Assembly (NCBI RefSeq): GCF_001194135.2
Contig: NC_068997.1
Coordinates: 35,487,562 to 35,551,561 of the forward strand
DNA length: 64,000 bases
Direction of reading: 5' to 3'
Origin: Octopus bimaculoides
Lineage: Eukaryota
Below are positions 53,381 to 64,000 of the stretch, one piece after another (the first letter of the stretch is position 1; each line of letters starts with the position of its first letter). Made by a program: the position numbers and the translations under genes. A model generated the notes under the pieces. That model made no database searches, was not told where the DNA came from, and worked only from the letters and a program-made list of their open reading frames with translations.

Positions 53381-54573
53381 GAATATAAACTACATTTATC
53401 TGAATAGTTGTAATCAAGAATGTAATCACCATTGTTTTCAACGCTTACAGCCCAAGGAGAAAGTAGCTTTTTTATGCCATGTTCAAAGAAACCTATTTGT
53501 TTTCCTGAAAAAATTTCTGAAAGGCTGTTTTGACTTACTCTCTGTTTCTGAATGGTTTGCCTTTTATGAATTGTTCTAGTGATTGGAACAGATGGAAATC
53601 CGTAGGTGCTAAGTCAGGTGAGTATGGAGGATGTGGAAGCACTTGTCATCCTAGTGTTCTTATTTTTTCTTGCATTTGTTTTAAAGAGTGTGGCCATGCA
53701 TTGACATGCTGGGGAATGACACCTTTTCTGCTTATCAAAGTTGGTCACTTTCAACATAATTTTTCACTTACACAATCAAGTTGTTGACAATAAACATCTG
53801 CACTGATGGTCCTTCCATGTTCCAGTAGCTCATAATGGATAATATCTTTCATGTTCTGCCAAACACAGAGCAAGAATTTTTGTGGATGGAGTTCTGGTTT
53901 TGGTGTTGGCACTGGCCTCTCATGTGATAACCATTGTCTTTTTTGTTTTGTGCTGTCATACAAAACCCATTTTTCATCTCCTGTAACAATGTGCTGCAGA
54001 AACGACAGGTTGTTATTCCTGGTTAGAAGACTGCTACAGGTGGTAGAACATTGTGTTTTGTTCTCAAGTGTAAGCTGATGTGGAACCCAAACTCCCTCTT
54101 TGCGTGTTTTCCCAATTTGCTTGAGATGTTCGTGGATAGTTGAACATAACACATAAAATTTTTGCACCAAATTTCTGGTGCTTTGACGTGGATCTCATAC
54201 AGAAGTCTCATTCAAAAGGTCATCATTCAGAGTGGGTCATCTTCCAGAATGAGGCTTGTCGAATATGTCTCAACTGCCATCCTTAAACCTCTTAAATCAT
54301 AGCTGACATGTACAACTTTTCACAGCATTGGGATACACTTCACAGATATTTTTCATTGCTTCTGTAGCGGTACTCTTATTTTGAAACTCATACAGTAAGC
54401 AATGGCAACTATGTTGTTTCATAAAGTTCTTACCCTCCATGGGGTTAATTACTGAAATAACTATGAATGCCAGATAGAAGAGATGATATACTATTTCCAG
54501 ACCTTGCTCTGATGTGATTGGTTGATTCATATTTCATAGTGGTGAAAAAACACAATTACTCTGCGAACCCTAA
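53380..54573 (-). mobile_element. Decayed mariner (DD34D-type), 3' TIR lost
   Basis: WVPHQL, VTGDEKW; 5' TIR TTAGGGTTCGCAGAGTAATTGTG flanked by TA. Confidence 0.88.
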
Positions 54574-55496
54574 TATATATATGTATGAGTTTCAAAATAT
54601 ATATATATATATTATTGTGTCTGGGGATAGTCATTCTGCTTTAATGTCTTATTAATTAACACACTCACAGGTTCGATTTCCACTCATTTACTTTTTTTTT
54701 CTGCGCACAAACAAACAAACAAAAGAACGACTATTGAAGAGGTTACTAGAAGCAACGAAGATTTTAGACACAATAAAATATGCTTCAACACATGAATTCA
54801 CATAAAGAATCCTGCAAACCAAATACAAAAATGAAATATATACACAAATTCTCATAACGAATCTTGCAACACAAATTGATAAATATATATATATATTCAC
54901 AAAAAAACAGCAGACGAGGACAAGTGGTGTAGAAAACAAATAGATGTATTAGTATAATGCTCGGGAATTGAAAAAGTCTTTTCGAGCCTACGCTCTTCCA
55001 CAGAAAGAAACAGGGAGAGAAAAAAAATTGTGTGTAGTGGTTAGCGATCTCCGGATTCAAGTGAATCAAGTACCTAAATAGTAAAGCACCTAGTTCAGGA
55101 CAAAGAAATAGTGGTCATGTACAAAACAAAATTAGAGGAACATGTATATACATACAGAATTGAAAACTGATTAAAATTCCAGTTAAATATACAATCACAA
55201 GCGCCTGACTGAATATACCACTAGTTTCGAGACTGTAACTAGGAACACACACTGCACCTATTGTACTGTGCTTAACAGACTCCAGATCCACACTAATTGC
55301 AGGTTCCAAGTAAGGTGAATAATAGATAAACAGAGGGAAATTGGTTCATTTACTACAGCTGTTTCAAACAAGTTTTTAGTTGAATAGAGTTATTATATCA
55401 TGCAAAGAGAAAACATTTTCCTCGGTGAATATACACAAATTCAACATCTTAAAAAAAATATTCAAAGAAGCAACATTGTGTCGTAAATGTGGATTA

Positions 55497-55870
55497 CTCT
55501 TTTACTTGTTTCAGTCATTTGACTGTGGCCATGCTGGAGCACCGCCTTCAGTCGAGCAAATCGGCCTCAGGACTTATTCTTTGTAAGCCTAGTACTTATT
55601 CTATCGGTCTCTTTTGCTGAACCGCTAAGTTACAGGGACGTAAACACACCAGCACCGGTTGTCAAGTGATGTTGGGGGGACAAACACAAACACACATATA
55701 CATACATATACACGACGGGCTTCTTTCAGTTTCCGTCTACCAAATCCACTCACAAGGCTTTGGTCGGCCCAAGGCTATAGTAGAAGACACTTGCCCAAGA
55801 TGCCACACAGTGGAACTGAACCCGGAACCATGTGGTTTGTAAGCAAGCTACTTAACACACAGCTACTCCT
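55497..55870 (-). mobile_element. tRNA-derived SINE, complete head and tail
   Basis: Reverse-complement homolog of 9219-9590. Confidence 0.85.
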
Positions 55871-56154
55871 ACGCCTACGGATTGATTATAAATATTTTAG
55901 AAGTGCTATCTGTGCATACATAAGCATACAAGTATAGTTATAAACAAGTATAAGTAATCACTTTAGTTACTGTATGCAATGCTATGTATATAGGTGTATG
56001 CATGTATGTATGTGTGTGTGTATGTATATATGCATATTCCTGAAGAAAACAGATTTTTCGTATGATTTAATAACTCTATTCATCAATAAAATCCTCATTT
56101 CAAACAGCTGGGGTGAACGAATCAATTTCCATCTGTTATATACACACACACACA

Positions 56155-57600
56155 CAGATATGCAGGAAGTAAATAGACACCTTTAATTTTCAAAATCTTT
56201 TATTTAATATGCAAAGCGAACAATTGAAATGTAATCGATAGGTAGGACTACATACTTTAGTATTTAGTTGACATTCCCTTTGCGGTTTTTAATTCAGAAA
56301 CTCTTTTTGGCATTGAACAGATGAGCTTTGTGATTGTCTCTTGTGGAATTTCTGCCCACTTTTCATGCAACAATCGAAACCATTCATCTTTGGATTTAGG
56401 TTTCTTATTTCTTTACTGCCCACAGGGGACTACACACAGAGGGGACAGACAAGCAGATTAAGTCGATTATATCGACCCCAGTGCATAACTGGTACTTATT
56501 TAATCGACCCCAAAAGGACGAAAGGCAAAGTCGACCTTGGTGGAATTTGAACTCAGAACGTAGCGGCAGATGAAATACCGCTAAGCATTTTGCCTGGCAT
56601 GCTAACGTTTCTGCCAGCTCGCCGCCTTTGGATTTAGGTTTCTGTCGAGTTTTTCATATAGCTCTATCTACTATGCTCCAAAGATTTTCAATTAGGTTCA
56701 TGTCAGGAGTTGGCTCGGCCAAGGAAGCTTTTTGATCCCATTTTCAGTCAGCCATTGTTGATTCTTTTTCGCTGTGTGGCATGGAGCCCCATCTTCCATG
56801 AATAAAAACTCATTTTTTGTTATGTTATCGTGTGAATACATCAGAAGTACTCCTTGCTTAAGTATTTCGATGTATTTTTCAGAGTTTATGGTTCCAACAC
56901 ATTCAATTAGCTCAGAACAACCATTGCTGGTGACAGCTCCCCATACCATTACAGATACCGCCATGTTTCACAGTTGGTTGGAGTCGTTTCAAATCAAATT
57001 CTTGATTGGGAAGCCTCCAGACCCAAACACTTCCATTGTCTGAAAATAATGCAAATCTGGATTCATCTGAGAAAATCACTCTATCCCAAAATGAACTAGA
57101 TTTTTCTGACAATTTGGCCCATTTCTTTTTTTTTTCATATTAATTGGTTGAAGGAGAGGTTTTCTTCTAGCTGCTTGTCCATAATACCCAAGCTTATGCA
57201 GATATTTAACACACATTCTTGGACTAACTTCTAGCTGTTTTGTAATGTCAGAACAGGGTTCGTTTTCCACAATTCTCTTCAAACAGCGAAACTCCCTTTC
57301 CAAAGGCCCAGGTCAGCTGGGATGAGAATCTGTTGATTCTTTTCCTTGGTTTTTGAATTGTACTATAATTCTATTAATGGTAGCAAGAGGAATTTGAAGA
57401 TTTTTGACAATTTTTTGCTGGCTAAGATTGCCCAACAATACGACCTCTTTGAAAATCTGACAGTTCTGCTAAATTTTTTGTGTGTGACATGGTTACTCTT
57501 CGCAAATGTTTAATAAAATGCCACCTGCTGAAAACATATTAAGACACTTAGATCAGAAATTTTGAAAATTAAAGGTGTCTATTTACTTCCTGCATGTCTA
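56155..57600 (-). mobile_element. Tc1-family element (DD34E) with about 40-bp TIRs, decayed
   Basis: TIR agayatgcaggaagtaaatagacacctttaattttcaaaat at both ends; VIFSDES, MEDGAPCH, PDMNLIENLW (34 spacing after correcting a 1-nt frameshift). Confidence 0.92.
56406..56625 (-). mobile_element. SINE with 18-bp TSD inserted in the Tc1 element
   Basis: ctttggatttaggtttct at 56388-56405 and 56626-56643. Confidence 0.92.
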
Positions 57601-57988
57601 TATATATATATATATAGTTCACAAACAAGATCCAGAGATTCTCCATATAGAAGACACTTAGTAGTGCTCAAAAGTTTTAACCTTAAATTCTGATGTATTT
57701 ACAAGGGATCAGTCCACAAGGTAAAACAGGCTTTAAGATCAATCAAGTTGAGCGGGTATAGAAGCAATTACGCAGATAAACAAATCAAACATCAAATACA
57801 AAATATGTATACAAGCAAAATGAGAGGAAGCAAACTTTCAAATGATAAATTTTTATGTATAAATATATTAAGTCCAACTTACACAGAGTACAAATGGAGA
57901 AAATTAAAGAGGTGGAAGAAAGGTGTCTAATTTGTTTATCACATAATTGCCTATATATGTATGTATGTGTGTGTATATATATATTAAT

Positions 57989-58463
57989 GAGAGGAAAAAG
58001 GACAAAACCTGGAGCAGGATGAGTATCTCAATCATTTAGAATATTAATTTGAAGTCTTACAACTGTTTTTAAGATATCCCAAGTGATAGGCTAACATATC
58101 TGTACACTAGGTATTCCGTCATCACAGACAAGGTGAGTATGTATGAAAGTTCTAGACAGAAATTCACAGTTTATAAGGAATAAAATAGTAGATAAAAGAA
58201 TACCAGTAGACAGAAGAATAAAGTTAACAGCACATCCTTTTTCAGAGAGTAATCTATCTACTATTTTATTCTTTATAAACTGAATTTCCCTGTCAAGAAC
58301 TTTTATACACACTCACCTTGTCTCTGATGATGGAATACCCAGTGTATAGACATGCTAGCCTATCACTTGGGATATCCCAGAAACAGCTGTAAGACTTCAA
58401 ATTAAATATTGTAAATGACTTGAGATACTCATCCTGCCTTGGTTTTGTTGTCCTTTTCCCTCT
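57989..58463. repeat. Foldback, about 206-bp arms and 60-nt spacer (PLE-like inverted terminal repeat)
   Basis: 57989-58194 is the reverse complement of 58255-58463. Confidence 0.92.
58320..58395 (+). ncRNA. Type I minimal hammerhead ribozyme motif
   Basis: GTCT-CTGATGA-TGG...CCA-GAAA-C-AGCT-GTA|AGAC: complete core, 4-bp stem I, long stem II, palindromic stem III ACAGCTGT, GUA cleavage triplet. Confidence 0.85.
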
Positions 58464-58999
58464 AACTCAGAAACCTAATACAGATGACCAATTATAGCAC
58501 TTACTCAGTGTATCTGCTCGTTTAGATCACCAGTGAACTAAACCCTTCGTATTCTTTCTTTTCTCTATCTTCACTAAGTTCCACTTTCTCCTCCTCTTCT
58601 CACCCCTGCACCTTCCTTTCTAATTTGTTTCTCTCTCTCTCTCTAAAACATCATCAGTTTCAATTTTATATAAAAAGGCGAAGTAAACTTGCTGTAAACC
58701 ACTTTTCTGATAAATCTGATAACAGAAGAAAGTACTAGAAATGTAAATACAAATATAATCATCCAACATTCTGACTACCTTCTTATTTTCAGTATATTTA
58801 TTAATAGATAGATTTGTTAATAATAATGATATTAACAATAAAGCTAATGTGAGTAGCTATAAAAAATCTAGTCAAACTAAAAAGTCTAGAGTACTGGAGG
58901 TCATTTGGTGTCCATTATTGCTTCTTCAAATAGAAGTAAAATAAATGGAAGGCATAATTTGGCACCTGTTCCAAATGTGCGTGCCTATAATATAGTTAA

Positions 59000-59869
59000 C
59001 TAGCTGTTTTTCCCGGTTTCACTCGGGCAGTGTGATGGATTTGGTTAAAGGCTATTTACTATGTATATTTTGAATAATAAAAAGAACTAAAAATAAAAAA
59101 AATAAAAATTCTGAAAACAATACGATGCTAAGGATTTTGCGGGTCGATATTGTAAAACTAACTTCACATGCGTACCCATAGCCCCATGTAGTCACGGACC
59201 CTTATTTGTGGTATAACCTCGCCTTAAAAGAAAAATATATGGTAGTGCGGTTGTTGTATTGGCGACACAAGAATGTTAATCGAAACTGTTCAAGATCAAT
59301 CATAGGTTGGACGTTCATGTACACTGATTAGAATTGTGAATTTCAATTATTGAAAACGCATTCCCAGATGGATACAATTGTGCAGAGTCCGTTTGTCTCA
59401 ATATGGAAAAGCTGTTTGAATGTCGACGTTTGAAGACATTTGTAACTGAAGTTAAAAAAAACAGTAATTAGAAAGAGCGTAAGCTATAGCTTTTGTTTTT
59501 TTAATGCACAAAAAATTGAAATTATTTTTTTTCTGTGCCTCTGATTAAAATTTTCGAAAAACGAACCCAGCTACATTACTTGGAAAAAAATAATCTTTAT
59601 TGTGCTGGTCTTTCGTAAAATTTCGCGCATGGGAAAGGCAACAAAATCGCCCCTCTCCACTTTGAATGGGATATTCCTATCTTAAAAAGTAATAATCGAT
59701 TATCTTGGTAACCATGTGAGTTGGAGGGCAATAAAAATCTCCTGAACATGAGCGGACCTTGCTGCCGCTCTGTGCTGAATTTCACGTGATTCCACTGCAC
59801 CGTTCTCGAGTGAATATGCCGACACTCAATCAATCAAGCAATCAAGAACACTGCAACTTATAGTATAGA
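59000..59869 (-). mobile_element. 870-bp non-autonomous Helitron
   Basis: Minus strand A|TCTATACTATAAG...gattgattgagtgtc...CCCGAGTGAAACCGGG hairpin...CTAG|T. Confidence 0.85.
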
Positions 59870-59989
59870 TAATCCAGGAGACAATGATGGATTATTACAC
59901 TCTTCACTACCTTCAAGTGTTGATGATTCAGCGCTTAGGAATGATTGTGTAGGAGAAAATATGGTCCCTGTTAAATATGCAGGGATTGA

Positions 59990-60410
59990 TGGGACCCCAA
60001 AATTTAGTTGAAATTTCAGAACCCCAAATTTGTCCCCTTAAGGGATTCTGCTTAAGAAAAATTGTAGTCTATAAATGTATAGTTAAAGGGGAGAATAATT
60101 TGGTTAGGAAATATATCAGGAGCACTACTGATTTTAAAAGGAGATATAGGGCCCACATGAGCTCATTTTCAAATGCCAAATACTCTAATTCTACCATGCT
60201 TGCATCCTATATTCATGATTTGAAGAGGAGGAATATGAGCTACACTATTGAATGGTCTGTCCTGTCTGAAGCCTCCCACTTTAATGCTAATCTAAGCCAA
60301 TGTAGTTTATGCTTGAGGGAAACGTACTTGGTTCTTAAATGTTTGGGGCCAAAACTCCTTTTCTGATGTGGTCGCTTTTTGTAATCATAGATTTTTCTCA
60401 ACCTTCTTGA
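59990..60410 (+). pseudogene. GIY-YIG endonuclease domain of a Penelope-like element
   Basis: CPLKGFC..VVY..YI(R)STTDFKRRY..H..SF...STMLASYIHDLK..IEWSVL..CSLCLRE, then frameshifted C-N-H-R; upstream CNCR decayed to *NFR. Confidence 0.85.
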
Positions 60411-60984
60411 GTATACACAAAATTAAAATTAAGGGTAAATTTGAAATGAGATGTTTCAGAGGACTGCCTGAGCCTTGATCTTGAATTGAAGTTGAGTAGA
60501 GCCAGTTGAAAATTCAGTTAATTTAATTATTGATTTCAGAAATGGACAATGGACTGATCCTCACTTGAAGCCACTAAATTCTTATTTTAATTTGTATGAT
60601 TTCTTTATGTCATTGAACACTATATATTTTAACTCCCTGCACTATTTTACAGTAGTTTGACAACCAGGAATGTGAGGACTTTGTAAGTTTTCTCTTGATG
60701 AAAACGTTGCCCTTGGATTTCCTTCATGGATTTTGCATTGACGAAGTGAGGCAGCTTAGAGATGGATTTGAATGGACTCTTTTCTGCTTACCACTTTGCC
60801 TTTTATTTTTATATTTATATTTATGTTATTTTAGTTCCATGCCTTAAATTTTTAGTCACTTATGTTATGCTTTAATTTAATCCATATATATTTTTTTCTT
60901 CCTTTGACGTCACTTGTATTACCCTTTTCAGTTTTATTACCTTTTATTCATGTATATGTGTATATTTTATACTATTAGGTTTTA

Positions 60985-61002
60985 CCACTGGGTAGATGTG
61001 TG

Positions 61003-61033
<31 letters not shown>

Positions 61034-61036
61034 ATA

Positions 61037-61129
<93 letters not shown>

Positions 61130-61230
61130 ATATATATATATATATGTGTGTGTGTATATATATATGTGTATGTGTGTGTGTATATATATATGTGTATGTG
61201 TGTGTATATATATATGTGTGTGTGTATATA
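60985..61230. repeat. Compound (TA)n/(TG)n microsatellite
   Basis: Direct reading; similar tracts at 1-130, 220-935, 2290-2745 and elsewhere. Confidence 0.97.
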
Positions 61231-61614
61231 ATTCCAAGAGAGTTAGAGGTTGTGAATCCAACCAACTAAGGGATAATATCTATCCAATATACTGCTGGTA
61301 GAATACCCAATTATTAATACACAAGTGTTTTTTCATTGCATGGTAATTACACTACTGAATGTAATAAATGGGTGAGGGTAAAAAGTTCTTTTTTAGCCTT
61401 AATTTATACAGCAATAAGAAAATGGAAGGAATCAATAGGTGGTATTCATCAACTTTTAGACATTATATTATGTCTATTTATTTATTTTAAAAAAAACCCA
61501 ATTATAACTATATACATACATGTATAACATATGCTTTACATATATAATATATAAAATATAAAAATACCAGTAATTATTAAAATGTATAACGTAGAGCATA
61601 GAAAATAGAATAGT

Positions 61615-61739
61615 ATCTTACAGCTGTTTCAACCAAGAGGCCATAGTATCCTACTTTGCTTCCATTCCTTCACTGAACTGAAGTATTTGGTAGATAAGAT
61701 TAAGGTACTTTGGGTGTGCCTCTGGGCTTCATCAGCGAG
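61615..61739 (-). ncRNA. Second hammerhead motif with long stem II and weakened stem I
   Basis: CTCG-CTGATGA-AGCCCAGAGGC...GCCTCTTGGTT-GAAACAGCTGTA|AGAT. Confidence 0.65.
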
Positions 61740-62061
61740 TTTAGAAAGTTCATAAGGTTAAGTTATAGATATAAATACATACATATATATACACTTTTAC
61801 ATATACATAAATATACATAAATACATATCTATACATTTATATGTATATGCATACAAAGGAATCAATTATTGTTATTATTAGGTGTATTATATTATTCTTA
61901 TTAGATAAAGTATAAACAGAGGAAAGAAAACATTATCAAAAGAGAAATAATAGTGGAATTTAAATAATCAATATATCTTAAGATTATTGTAGTTCTGTAG
62001 GAATGGAAAGGTATATAAATGAGGAATACATATCTATATATATGTATATATATATATACAT

Positions 62062-62100
<39 letters not shown>

Positions 62101-62279
62101 CGTACAAACATACCCATAGGTACATACATATTTCATGTGTTGAGAAGGGAAGGTTACTGTAGTAGTTCGTATTTTTCTTTTTATATAATCATAATAATTA
62201 TACACAAACATATATATATCCATATAAACATGCGATATGTTTTCTATTGAGGGCTTGATGTAAAGGTCCTCAATACTCA

Positions 62280-64000
62280 AGACATCAGCTGTCCTCAGGA
62301 CCTGTATGTCTGGAGTTTTTAAGGGCCAGCCAACATTCAGAATGTGTCAGATATCTCTGATGAAAGCATTCAAGGACCCTTACATGACGTTTATAAAGGG
62401 TCCATATCTCACATGAGTAAAGGAGTGATGTTGGTACACAACAATTTTTGTTTGCTTTTTGATGCCATGCTGGGACCAGACAGGAGACGGAAGAGACCGG
62501 AAGAAATCAGTTGCTCTCTGCAGCCTGAAAGATATTTCATCATTCAGGGAGCTGAGTGTGCTGAGTGTGCTGCCCAAGTAGACAAACTTGTCTACCACTT
62601 TCAGAATTGTTCCTTCAACCAAGACAGCTGGTCCCACATATAAATTTCCTGGTGCAGGCTGGAACATTACGACAGTCTTGTCTAGGCTAATGCTGAGTCC
62701 AAATGCCTTGCAAGAAGAAGAAATATGATTCATAAGTGTTTGCATATCATCCACTGTATGAGTGACTAAGTCACGGTCATCTGCATAAAGGAGGTCATGA
62801 ATAAGAGACTGGAAAACTTTTGAATTGGCAGCAAATCGGCACTGATTAAAGATGCAATCACCACCAAATCACAAAGCCTCAGCACAAATTACATCCTTTC
62901 CAGGTGCCCTACCAAGATTCAATTTACTTATTGATGTCATTACTTCATCTATTGAGGGTGTGCAATTTAAGGAGCCAATGATAGGTCTTTGTTGCATAGT
63001 ATCAATCACTGTTTCATCCATAACTGACTCATGATCTAGGAGTTCAGAGAAGTGTTCGATCCAGCGACTTGTAATTTCTGTTGATTTAGTAGAGTGGAAG
63101 ACTCCTTGGAAAGCAAAGGAGCTGATGTGGAGCTCTTAGACCCAGAAACTTGCTTCATAAGATGGTAAAGCTTCTTACTATCATTTGCATCAGCAGCAGC
63201 CTGAACATCATGAGCAAGATCCTGAGCAAGTGTTCTGCATCTTTCTGAGAGATCGCTGCAGTAGTGATTTTACACCGTTATAGTGGGCAAGTGCAAGATT
63301 TCACTGCACAGCAGAAAGTCCTCTACATTGTGGGCATGGCATTTTACATCCAATAGTCGCTGAACTTCAGCATCATTTTCATCAAACCTGTGTCTGGTTG
63401 CTTCATATCCTGGTGTTTCAGCAGTACATTGAAGAACCTGGTCTCAAAAATCTTCCCATACTGCAGTATTTTCAATGCTAGACAAGCGAGTCTGAAACTC
63501 TTTCCTCGACACACAGCATCATATATCTTGTGGACATTCAGATGCAAAAGAATGCCAACTGGCTCTCTTTTCTCGTTCACTCTAATCATCATCCAGAACT
63601 TTGCTCGCACCAGGCTGTGGTCTATCCAGCATTCTGATCCATGAAAGGACTTGACATTACAAATGTCATAGATGTCATGCTTGCGGATGATGACATAATC
63701 CAGCAAGTGCCAAACTTTAGACGTTCGATGCATCCACGTTGTGTGATCACCTTTGTGCATAAAATAAGTGCTTGCGATGTAAAGTCCATGTTCATCGCAA
63801 AGCTCCAGCAGCATGAGACCATTGCTATTCATTTTCCCTACTCAAAAATGTCCTAGAGAATTCCATGTTTGCCAGTCTGTTCCAACCCTTGCATTGAAAT
63901 CCCCCAGTAAAATGACTTTATCAGAATTGGGGATTTTCCTAACTATGGCTCTCAGCTGGGTATAAAAAATAGTTTTATCTGCATCACAGCTAGTCAGATT
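62280..64000 (-). mobile_element. RTE-1/BovB-like LINE, decayed, runs off the window end
   Basis: NSNGLMLLELC, WHLLDYVI, SECWIDH, LYADD near 62790, AFGLSISLDKTVVMFQPAPG, VDKFVYLGS. Confidence 0.9.

Noticed and set aside
55350-55372. GAAACAGCTGTA on the minus strand
   Set aside because: No CTGANGA strand found upstream; half motif only.
57748-57930. LSGY...I segment as PLE RT thumb
   Set aside because: Similarity too short to support; left unannotated.

Overview
AT-rich, microsatellite- and gap-rich eukaryotic DNA. The SINE and LINE families resemble those I recall from Octopus, so a cephalopod source is likely; this is inference. No prokaryotic features, CRISPR arrays, rRNA or true tRNA genes were seen. 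One host gene is recognisable: the last three exons of a CENP-N/Chl4-like kinetochore gene on the + strand (4271-4313 tentative, 26300-26430, 32025-32207). Its 22-kb intron is filled with three decayed Mag-type Ty3/gypsy elements, a Tx1/L1 fragment, Helitrons and a long-TIR DNA element. The rest is a transposon graveyard: RTE and CR1 LINEs, five Tc1/mariner copies from at least four lineages (one nearly intact and Hsmar1-like), tRNA-derived SINEs, two Helitrons with both termini, and Penelope-like (PLE) remnants. The most notable signals are: (i) minimal hammerhead ribozymes with palindromic stem III, one inside a 206-bp-arm foldback, next to an RT-less GIY-YIG ORF that a Helitron has split; (ii) a second family of hammerhead-like motifs with a non-canonical core; (iii) a 6.2-kb DD37D (maT-like) element whose interior holds a spliced gene-like fragment. 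All alignments were done by eye and no database searches were run.
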